Positions 48,394 through 58,309 are shown, numbered from the stretch's first letter. The stretch: 64,000 nt of DNA from Malacoraja senta (GCA_038087875.1 CM075989.1:8434001-8498000), one strand, 5' to 3'. The notes: generated from the sequence alone by a model not told the origin. Made by a program: numbers and translations.

Positions 48394-50375
48394 GGTGCCT
48401 GTGGAAAAAATCCCCACATACCCACAGCAAACGGACGCGGAAACTTACGTTTCCACTAGAGGAGCGCTGCTCCTCACGTCCGTTCGTGCCAATGCGTCTG
48501 ACGTAATGACGCGCAGGCGCCCTGACGGGTCTTCTTCACGTAGTCACTCACGTGACTCCGAAGTAAAATGGATGATATAACATGTGAGTGGAATAACATA
48601 GATGTAGTGTGAACCGGCGATAGATAGGTGGGCTCAATGGGCCGAAGTACTTGCCATATCTCTAAAACCAAAACTAAATACCAAATACAAAACTAAATGA
48701 AGAGCAATTCTGGATGGATCAGAAGACATTAGAAGAATGATACCATGAGCTATCTCTCCCACCGAATTGTCAAACCTCTCAAGATTCTTGGGGAAATTCT
48801 TTACCTCTGATTGAAGAAATGTTTTTTTTTATTTTTTAAAGCTGGCATTAAATATTCTAAGCTGGAAACTGGTGCGGGTGTCATCGGGAACGGGTCTTCA
48901 GTGAAGTTCACCAGAATGGGGAAGAAGAGTCAAGTGCCAATGGCAACAGCAAGATCATTTACTGACTCGAATTTACCACAGTGTACCATCAGAGGCCTGT
49001 CCCAGTGTTATCTGTGTGAGCACCTGTCACTGTACTTAACTGGAACGGGAAAGAGAGGATATCGTGAGCCCAAACCGAAGCAACGGAATGAATCAATTAT
49101 CAAGAGACACAAGTCAATTCCATGTTTATTCCTGATCTAGATTCAGTCTGACAGCGTGGGCCCCCAGTTCCTGCACACTTCAACATGATTTCACAGCAAA
49201 TAGCAAGGTCGATGTAACTGATCGCATCTCACTATCCCTGCCCCGTTAGTTAATTAATTAACAGCAACTAATATCTCTCCACCATCAAATCCCACTCTGA
49301 TTTCATAAGCTGTCAAGACCTGGGTAGAATTACTTCCAACGTGTTCCTAATTCACAAAGACACTTCTCACTTGAGAACTTAGGGGAGGAAGGAGAAAAAA
49401 AAACTCCACTGACATTTTCATTTAACATCATTGTTTCTCGACACTCGATATAATGTGCAGCGTTTAAAAGCCTTTACCACGAGGAGCAGAGCGAGTATTA
49501 TTGTGCAGGATCAATACTTTTCATTGCGCCATGTCTCCGATGAATCTGATTGACATTCTCGTAAACCTTAAACCAACGTTTCCTACAGACTTTCTTGTTT
49601 AACGCCCCCCTTTTAACATAAAGCTCGGGCTCTTTACCATATTCCACCCTTCACTGCTCGCCACATTACTGTGCTAAACAGGTGCCGGCGATGGGATTTA
49701 AACCCAACCGTGACATCAAGGAAAGCTGTAACAAGCTCCAGGAGAAGGGGGAAAAAACGTTGATTTTATTAGCAGGATTTGATGCGTTTGATTGAAGGCA
49801 ATTTTAACATCTTTTCCGAGTTCAATTCCACTTGTGTGTCTAAAGGAGCCAGTCGTTTCACCCGTTATAACCTGTCATTTGTTCTCAGTGATTGGTTAGT
49901 TAAGTGAAATTCCATGAGCATATGGAACACATTTGCCCGGAGCTCTGCAATAATAGATATCTCCAGTCGTCATTACGAGGATCTGCTAATAGCTTTCTTG
50001 CTCCTTCTCACGCTCCAATCCTCTTCATATCCTCTTCCACTACAATTATAATTTAATGAGACTTGGACTCGTCCTTCAATCGAAAAAAAAAGCAGCGCTT
50101 CTTTGAATAATTTACTTAACATCACTTACAGCAGCATCTGATAAGTTAAAGGGGTGAGAGAGAGAAGGACAGTTGACTCTGCCTCTCTCAGTAGAAAAGG
50201 CTTCATTAATTTTTCATTGCCGGGGCCGGCCGGGATGAATGCCGTCTGGTAAACATCATATCAGCAGTGACCTTGCTTCCGTACACATTCCTCCCTCCGA
50301 GAGCTGCCTGCCATCTGTTTGCTATGAGTCTATCTGCAGCACCCTTGTCAGGAACGGGAGGGGGGAGTTAAAGGA

Positions 50376-50463
50376 CCTCTCTCCCTCTCTCCCTCTCTCC
50401 CTCTCTCCCTCTCTCCCTCTCTCCCTCTCTCCCTCTCTCCCTCTCTCCCTCTCTCCCTCTCTC
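50376..50463. repeat. (CTCTCTCC)n polypyrimidine microsatellite
   Basis: Directly visible, ~11 units. Confidence 0.95.
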
Positions 50464-51954
50464 GCAACGCTTTTAGAAAGAGCAGGGTTGAGATTATTGT
50501 GTAGCCACTTGGCTGGGTCTGCATCAGCAATCAATTAGCTCGGAGCCCATTAAAGCCTGTGTTCAATCAAACAGCTGGCACACACAAAACATCGGGACGA
50601 GCACTTTCATGGAGTTAATTATTAATAGTCCCCCTCCCCTCCCCCAATACAACTTACTATATTTAGTCATCAAGGATGTACATTATTTGTTGTGCTGCTG
50701 CAAGTAAAACAATCATTGTTCTCTCTGGGACATATGACAATGAAACACTCTTGACTGCTCTTGTAACGTCAAGGCCCTTGTAGCTCCACAAGGCCTCTCC
50801 AAAGTGAAAAGTAGTAGGTGTGGTTATGGATACCATCCAAACGTCCTGCTGCCTCGATTGCATCATGTCAGGGGCGAAAGCGCACACTATTTGTAACAGC
50901 TGGAGCAGCGTTTTAACAGAAGCTTACACGAATTGATGCTGTTTTCATAGTCCTGCAACATCAAGTTGAATTGTTTTGTAACGACAATGCAGATAGACAG
51001 TTTGACCCAAGAAGCCAGCTGGTACTTATCATTCATGCATTGTACCAGTCCTTCTGCATGGGTGACCACACACACACTCCCCATACTCCTTTTATTCCCC
51101 TTCTTTCTTGAACCATGTTTAAATATGGACATGGTCTCTGCTTCAATCACTAATTCCAACAGCACTTTCCCAGTCTTGCAACCTTTTCTGTGAAACAGCA
51201 GTCTTGTCTGCTCTCAGATTTAAATCCCCTTACGTTTAACCTTCTAACTGAGTCTCCTTGTACTATATCACTCAATGACTGCAGGCTCATTCTTTCTCTC
51301 TGTCCTTGTTGAAAGTGTTCTGCGAACCTATGCTAAATTGAACTTTAAGGCTGTAACTTACCATTCATGTTAGCAGGAAGTGAACAGCCTCATTTCTGGT
51401 TGACCTTTTTTGAAGATTGACAAATGAACTCATTTAAAACAGGCCGACAATTGTTTTACGGCAACACAGTAACATCAGATCACATCAAACATTTCCTCCT
51501 TCTTATTTGCTGCTGGTGTTTCAGTGAAGTGTTATACAAACATCCTTATCAAACAGTGTGTTTATTCTAAAGGCGAGCAACTGCAGAAGCTGAGGATGTA
51601 ACATTAAAAAGAAAATGTTAGAAATCGTCAGCAGATCAGGCTGAAGAAGGGTCTCGACTCGAAACGTCACCCATTCCTTCACTCCAGAGATGCTGCCTGT
51701 CCCACTGAGTCACTCCAGCAATTTGTGTCTATCTTTGGTCAGGCGTCAACTTTAGAGAGAGAAACAGAGGCCGCATTTTAGATTACTGATGTTTGTTAAG
51801 GCTTACTATTGTGGCATGTACCAAGGTACAGCGAAAAACTTTGTTTTGCCTTCTATCCAGAGAGATATCACACATTCAGCTCAAACTCGTTTGAACCACT
51901 ATCTTACTGCAGAATATAATTGTCACGCATTGTAGCTCATCAGTTTTAGTATTT

Positions 51955-52250
51955 CATTTTAGTTTTTTAAAATACAGCATGGAGCCAGGCCCTTCGGTCC
52001 ACCAAGTCCACGCCAACCAATGATCAACTGCACAATAGTTCTATCCTACACACTAGGGACATTTTACAGAAGCAAGTAACCTTCAAACCTGTACATCTTT
52101 GGAGTGGGGCAGGTAACCGGAGAACCTGGAGAAAACTCACGCAGTCATAGGGAAAATGTACAAACTCCGTACAGACAGCACCGTTTGTCAGGATCGAGGC
52201 CGGGTCTCTGGCGCTGAAAGACAGCAACTCTACCGCTGCGCCACCATGCT
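51955..52250 (-). mobile_element. HE1-type V-SINE
   Basis: Reverse complement of head, V domain and tail. Confidence 0.8.
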
Positions 52251-52509
52251 GCAGATGAATCCATAGGTGAATTCCAATGTCCTCAATGGGGTAGAGGTGA
52301 ATCAGCCAGTACCCTAGCTTATGGATGGTCCATTCAGAAGCCTGATTACAGGGGTAACAACCTATTCTAGTCTGGTGGTGCGTGCTTTCAAGCTTCTGTG
52401 TCTGTATGCCGGACAACACAGCACATTCTGACAGAGATAGCCAGAGTGGGACAAGTCTTTGATCCATTGCCTACTCTTTTCACGGATGCAACAATGTTGA
52501 TTCAAAGTT

Positions 52510-52812
52510 GGGCAGCACGGTGGCGCAGTGCTAGAGTTGCTGCCTTACAGCGCCAGAGACCCAGGATCGATACTGACTAAGGGTGCTGTCTGTACGGAGT
52601 TTGTTCGTTCTCCCTGTGACCTGCGTGGGTTTTCTCTGGTTTCCTCCCACACTTCAAAGACGTGCAGATTTGTAGGTTAATTGGCTTTGGTAAAATTGTA
52701 AATTGTCCCTAATGTGTGTAGGATAGTGTTAGTGTGCGGGGATCGCTGGTTGGCGTGGACTCGGTGGGCCGAAGGGCCTGTTTCTACGCTGTATCTCTAA
52801 ACTAAACTAAAC
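52510..52812 (+). mobile_element. HE1-type V-SINE, full length
   Basis: gggcagcacggtggcgcag head through to (ctaaa)n tail. Confidence 0.9.
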
Positions 52813-53010
52813 TTCATTGCTCAGTGTAAGTACTTTCAAGAATTGTATTCTCAGTTATCCATTAAAACAATTCCTGAGGGGGGGGGGGGGTCTAAATTCA
52901 TGATGTGAATTGAGGTATATGCCATACGGGAATGGGAAACTATATAGGTAACAGGACATCTTAGATCTAGTATTGTGTAATGAGGAATAATTAATTGACA
53001 TCAATTTGCG

Positions 53011-53082
53011 AAAGGATCATTTGGGGAAGAGTAATCATAATATGATAAAGGATCTTTTGGGGAAGAGTAATCATAATATGAT
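53011..53082. repeat. 36-bp tandem duplication
   Basis: aaaggatc(a/t)tttggggaagagtaatcataatatgat twice, 1 mismatch. Confidence 0.9.
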
Positions 53083-53164
53083 AGCATTTTGTTTCAAGTT
53101 TGAGAAAGGTGTGCTTGTCAAATGCAAACCATGCTCTTAAGAAAATGAGGAATGAGTTGACAAA

Positions 53165-53502
53165 ATGCAGGAAAAATGTTCCCCATGTTGGGGGAGTCCA
53201 GAACCAGGGGTCACAGTTTAAGAATAAGGGGTAGGCCATTTACAACTGAGATGAGAAAAAACTTTTTCACCCAGTGAGTTGTGAATCTGTGGAATTCTCT
53301 GCTTCAGAAGGCAGTGGAGGCCAATTCTCTGGATGCTTTCAAGAGAGAGTTAGATAGAGCTCTTAAAGACAGCGGAGTCAGGGGATATGGTGAGAAGGCA
53401 GGAACGGGGTACTGAATGTGGATGATCAGCCATGATCACAGTGAATGGCGGTGCTGGCTCGAAGGGCTGAATGGCCTACTCCTGCACCTATTGTCTATTG
53501 TC
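53165..53502 (+). mobile_element. CR1 3' fragment with (TTGTCTA)n tail
   Basis: Reverse complement of the 8398-8720 family. Confidence 0.85.
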
Positions 53503-53640
53503 ATTGATGACGAGGATCAGTGTGATCCCCACATAGCAAAATCTCAGCTATACCAGCAATAAGAATGCAAGAGCAAGTCAGAATGTGGGTGCCTTGCTGT
53601 GAATGGCTCACATATTTAGTTTGGCTTAGTTTATTCTCTT

Positions 53641-54029
53641 GTAGTAGTTGGCCCCCCTCAGTCATGACTGATGATGGGTGATGCATCCTAGTTTGCAGGT
53701 GATGTGTGATCGGATGCAAGCCTGGGCGATGTCATATGGAGGACAGGCTGTTGCCCATGCAGCACGACCCCCCCTCTCCACGTCGCTGATTGATCCAAAG
53801 GAACAGCAGGGCCGTTACAGTTTGGCACCAGCTCCGTCGCAGGAGCTGCCAGAGCGAGGTTGTAGACAACGACGAACTACCTTAGGGGCTCCGACTCCGT
53901 ATTTTCTTGTGGTTTACTCCTGTAACCTTTTCCATGACTGGATATGGCCACAAGGCAGTGGAGGTTTTAAATCAGAGTTTTCCCTCTCCTAGATGGACTG
54001 CCTTCCCAGGCTGACGAGCCCCATCTGCC
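53641..54029 (-). mobile_element. Probable non-autonomous RTE-derived element (5' UTR-like body with (CTA)n tail)
   Basis: Minus strand begins ggcagatggggctcgtcagcctgggaagg, which I recognise as RTE 5'UTR-like, and ends caactactac; interrupts a Rex1-like tail (53615-53640 / 54035-54345). Confidence 0.5.
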
Positions 54030-54349
54030 AGAATGTGTACAGTGAAAAACTATTGTTGCATGCTAACCAGGCAGCCGAAAGACAATACATGATTACAATC
54101 GATCCATCCACAGTGTACAGATACATGATAAAGGGAATAACATTCAGTGCAATATAAAGTCCAGTAAAGTCAGATCAACAATAGTCCGAAGTTCTCCATT
54201 GACGTAGATAGTAGCTCAGGATTGCTCTCTAGTTGTCGGTAGGATGGTTCAGTTGCCTGATACTGGCTAGGAAGAAATTGTCCCTGAATCGGGAGGTGTG
54301 TGTTTTCACACTATTGCACCTTTTGCCTGACGGGAGAGGGGAGAAGGGG

Positions 54350-55060
54350 TTTAATTTGTACCCACTTTGGATTTCTTTGGCAGTTCAATAATCTAAGTGA
54401 TGAAGATCTGCTTTCAACAATTGAACAATTTCAGCAACAGTATCACAAAGAGGTCTCAAACGATCTTGGAGATGAGGTGCTATTTCTTAAACAAATATAT
54501 TCAGTAAATTTAAATTGGATGGCAAGCCAAAGGAATTGCTGCAGGAGATTCTAACTTTGGGATTGGCTGGGTTATTTCCAAATATTATGATTGCATTGAG
54601 ATTTTTAATAAATTTACCAGCATCTGTGGCTCCAGGGGAAAGGAGATTCAACGTGTTGAAGCAGGTGAAGAATCACCATCATTCAACTATGGGACAAGAA
54701 CGTTTGAATGGACTTGCCATGTTGAATGTTAATTGTGATATTGCACGGCAACTAAACTTTACATCTCTAATCAATGATAATCTGTAAAACGAAAACTTGT
54801 AATAAAAAAGTATTTGTAATAATCATAACTGTTATATATTTTGAAGAAAAAGTGTTAAATTTGTCGAAAATTGAAATGAGAGAAAAAACTAAAAATTCTA
54901 ATATTTGAACTACCTAGATATTAAATATTCCAATTACATAAGAATGGGCAAAAAAACAATAATTAGTCTTCTAAGTTGTGAATGTGAAAAAAATGCACTC
55001 ATATTTGCTTGATCTTGGTTTGGGGGCCTCTAAAATTGAAATTGGCCTGGGCCTCAGTTC
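54350..55060 (+). mobile_element. hAT transposase remnant (C-terminal dimerisation domain, Tip100/ZMYM1-like)
   Basis: 'LFPNIMIALRFLINLPASVAPGERRFNVLKQVKN...STMGQERLNGLAML' (ORF 54515-54787). Confidence 0.85.
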
Positions 55061-55506
55061 AACTACGAGGGCCTTGCTGAGGCAGCGTGAGATGTAAATG
55101 GAGTCAATGGAAGTGAGGTTGGTTTGTGTGATGGGCAAACTTGCCCGTGGGTACTCTTGCCAGCCGAGGCACACGGGAAAAAGCATTTATGTTGCAACGC
55201 CATCCTGATGTGGAAATATATTGCGGGGCCATCATTATTGTTGAGCCTAAACTCTGGAACAAGCTGCCTGCGATCACCTTGGCCCAGTAGTTCCAGAAAA
55301 TGGCTCACCGCCACCCTCTCAGGGACATTCATTCATTGGTAATAGAAAATTGGCCTTGCTGTGATGCCCCATCCCGAAAAATTAAAGATATTGAAAATTA
55401 ATATCTCCACCAGAATATGGCACTGGCATGGCTAGAGAAGTTTGGCAAGAAAAACAGCGTCTGAAAATTGGGAAGTTTTTAAGAATCACAAAGTGTGAGT
55501 CAGGAA

Positions 55507-55646
55507 CTTCTTCTTCTTCTTGCGTATGGCGTGCACAGCCTAAAGATGTAGATCAACTTGTTCTATTTGATCTTGCTTGTGCACGTCGGGTTGATTGCAT
55601 TAGTCGAAACAGGGTGGACCACGTGAAGGTTGCAATCTCCCACCCC
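55507..55646 (-). mobile_element. Short non-autonomous retroposon, family A (HDV-like ribozyme head, 3' hairpin, GAA tail), full copy
   Basis: 9-bp TSD agtcaggaa at 55498-55506 and 55647-55655; (gaa)n tail. Confidence 0.88.
55593..55646 (-). ncRNA. Minimal HDV-like ribozyme (predicted)
   Basis: GGGGUGG-GA-GAUUGCA-ACC-UUCACGU-GGU-CCACCCU-G-UUUCGA-CUAA-UGCAAUC. Confidence 0.82.
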
Positions 55647-55699
55647 AGTCAGGAATTGATAGATATAGAAAAGAGGAATGTAGCACAAAATATTTTTTT

Positions 55700-56370
55700 A
55701 AAGGGATTGTAAAAAAACAATGTTGCAATGGGTAAAGACAAGATATCAATGTAAACAAATATGGTATCATAGAGGTGAGGGGATGTATTTATAAAGAGGA
55801 TTGAGGAAACAGCAGAGCTATTAAATAAATATTTCCGTCTACCTTCATATTTGAGACTATATAGAATATTGCAAGCATGCAAGAGTCTTGGAATGTTCAG
55901 CAATTCAAATTAGGAAAGAAAATCGACTGGAAAAATAAATGGGATTAAAAGTAATCAATGCCCCTGAATGTCTCTACCATGGGATTTTAAAAAGAAGCAA
56001 CTGCAAGGATGCGGTGGCGTTAATCCACCTGGATTCTAGAATGGTCCCCGTGGATTAAAAATTAACAAACGTAACCTCAGTCTTCTTGAAAGAAAGAAGG
56101 AAGTAAACGGAAGAGTATAGGTCTGTTATTCCAACATTATTACTAGAGAATTTGTAATAATATATTATTAAAAATGTGGTGAATATTCGATATGGAAATT
56201 CATAATTCGATTAGGCCGAGTCAACATGGCCACAGGGAAGGGAAGTCATGATCGACACATCTATTAGTATTTTTGAGAGTGCATTTGCAAGTTTGAGTAA
56301 AGAGAACCAGTGGATACAGTTTAGTTAGGTTTTTCAGAAGGTTCTTTATAAAGTGCACATGGGAGGTTGT
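55700..56370 (+). mobile_element. Old degenerate CR1 RT fragment
   Basis: Decayed 'ELLNKYF' and 'MVPVD*KLTNV' motifs, plus 'SQHG..GKS'-like and 'GFQK..YKV'-like remnants. Confidence 0.55.
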
Positions 56371-56725
56371 CATGGCCTTGACAGAATGTTGTCTAGGACA
56401 TGCTACATGCAGGCATGGACTGTTTCAGTTGCGACTGAGTTATGAATCCTGAGATCTTAAAATAGAAGAGCAGAATCAGGCCACTGGGCCCATTGTGTCT
56501 GCTCCAAAATTCGATCATGGAATGGAATTGAATATTGTGCAATCATCAGTGGACGTCTACTTCTGTCCTTATGATGGCGGTAAAAGTTAAAGATATAACA
56601 GCTCAATGTGGTTGGACTTGCAACACTGCACTGAGGAACTCCTGGGGTTCAGGTGATTAACCTTCAACAACCTCAACCACCTTAATTAGTTTACGGCACA
56701 ACAGTCATTGGAGTTTTTCCCCTTT

Positions 56726-56931
56726 CTTCTTCTTGCGTTTGAAGCAGCAGAAGTCTGTAGCAGGGTGATGCCATCCGGTTCGACATCCGTAGGTGCCCGC
56801 CCTAAAAAGGGCGCATGCTCCAGGTTGGCTCCAAGCTGCGGAGCTGCTGCTACTGTCTCTGTTTGTTGTCGTTCGCCTGACTGAGGTGAGTTGACAGGGC
56901 TCACCACGGGGATGTCGACAACATGAGCCCC
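56726..56931 (-). mobile_element. Short non-autonomous retroposon, family B (HDV-like ribozyme head, GAA tail)
   Basis: TSD tttccccttt at 56716-56725 and 56933-56942; tail acgcaagaagaag as in family A; different body. Confidence 0.8.
56864..56931 (-). ncRNA. HDV-like ribozyme (predicted, one P3 mismatch)
   Basis: GGGGCUC-A-UGUUGUCG-ACA-UCCCCGU-GGU-GAGCCCU-G-[P4 region]-CGAA-CGACAACA. Confidence 0.72.
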
Positions 56932-57401
56932 GTTTCCCCTTTGAAACTCCTTGACTCATTTTAACAAGGATGTTGATTAAATGCTGTCAACACTCAGCGT
57001 CGGCACTCCCACCTCACTGCGGAACTCTGCTTTTTGGACCATAAGGTGCAATGAGACATAGAGCTAAGTGGTTCTGACAAAGCCCACACTGGCCATTGGT
57101 GAGAAGATTGTTAAGGAGGAAGTACCACTTGATGACGATGTCAACAATGGCTTCCATCAAGTTGCTGATGATTGAGAGGAGACTGTGTAGCAATTAACTG
57201 AAATAGATGTCTGGCTTTTTGTGAGTTGGACATATCTGAGAAATGTTGCTCATTCTTGGGTAGATGCTACTGTAGTAACATTCTGAAACAGCCGAGCTAG
57301 AGTTGCAGCTTGTTCTCAAATGCAGATCTTGAGCAATATATCTGGAATATTTTACAGTTCCATACCTTTTCTGTTCTATGTTCAAGAGGCAGAAAGGGTT
57401 A

Positions 57402-57806
57402 AGGGCCTGTCCCACTTGACGAGGTAATTCACGAATTCTCCCGAGTTATTCACGAATTCTCCCGAGTTTTCCCCTTGATTCAAACTCACAGAATGTCCGT
57501 AGCGAGTCCGTAGGAGTTCGTAGATATTTCGTAGTGGCTCGTTATGCCAGCCGTAGGTACTCGGGGCATCAGGTAAGTCGGGACGTTTTTTCCAGCCTGA
57601 TAAAAAATGTCCACGAGTAAAAAAATAGTCAGGAGGATGCCCCGAGTACCTACGGCTGGTTTACGATATATTTACGGACTCCTATGGCCTCCTACAGACG
57701 GATGTTATGGACATTCTGCGAGTTTGAATCACGGGGGAAAACTCTGGAGAATTCATGAATAACTCGGGAGAATGCGTGAATTACCTCGTAAAGTGGGACA
57801 GGCCCT
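57402..57806. mobile_element. PIF/Harbinger-like palindromic MITE
   Basis: Termini agggcctgtcccac / gtgggacaggccct; TTA TSD at 57399-57401 and 57807-57809; inverted symmetry extends most of the way to the centre. Confidence 0.88.
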
Positions 57807-58117
57807 TTAGATTAAGCAGACACCAGGTTCAGCACGGAGATTGTGGGCTGAAGGACCCGTTCTTGTGCTGCACTGTTCTATGTACTCAGTTTTCACACAT
57901 ACCAAACCAAATTTTCTGAATGCAGACCTCTGTAATTGAGTCAAGGGGCTTCAAAGGGAAAATACTTTTGGAGTCATGCCTTGCACGAATGAAGATGGTT
58001 GTGGTTGTTGAAGGTTAAGCACCTCAACCCCAGGAGTTCCTCAGTGTGGCGTTGAAAGTCCAACCACATTTTGTTCAAGAGGATGTCAGGAGGACGCCAG
58101 GATGGATCATCTACTTT

Positions 58118-58306
58118 GTAGGAAGGAACTGCAGATGCTGGTTTAAATCTAAGATAGACACAAAAAGCTGGAGTAACTCAGCGGGACAGGCAGCACGTTT
58201 CGGGGATGAGTCTGAAGAAGGGCCTCGACCAGAAATGTCACCCATTCCTTCTCTCCAGAGATGCTGCCTGTGCCGCTGAGTTACTCCAGCTTTTTGTGTC
58301 TATCTT
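58118..58306. mobile_element. Palindromic Penelope-derived short element
   Basis: aagatagacacaaaaagctggagtaactcagc and its reverse complement; ctgaagaagggcctcgaccagaaatgtc. Confidence 0.75.
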
Positions 58307-58309
58307 TGG

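Larger units (their letters stand above)
44290..48569 (-). mobile_element. DIRS-group tyrosine-recombinase retrotransposon, degenerate, 3' terminal repeats apparently missing
   Basis: Domain order gag-like, RT, RNase H, MT-like, YR on the minus strand; CpG-rich 5' segment at 48430-48569; outer boundaries approximate. Confidence 0.9.
56530..57340 (-). mobile_element. Old LINE RT fragment (CR1/L2 group) hosting the family-B element
   Basis: Reverse strand shows ggagttcctcag (GVPQ), gatgattgcaca (DDC) and 'SPLNQQLDG'-like decayed RT sequence. Confidence 0.55.

Noticed and set aside
48811..49140. 109-aa ORF
   Set aside because: Non-ATG start and no recognisable domain or clear splice structure
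50239..50538. ORFs with SLSPSLPL / ERGREG repeats
   Set aside because: Translation of the (CTCTCTCC)n microsatellite
52510..52580. tRNA-like A/B boxes here and in other copies
   Set aside because: SINE heads; no complete cloverleaf, and they continue into V domain and LINE tail
53985..54029. Possible ribozyme at the 5' end of the RTE-like element (agatgg/ccatct pairing)
   Set aside because: Could not fit P2, P3 and J4/2 of an HDV-like fold or a hammerhead core
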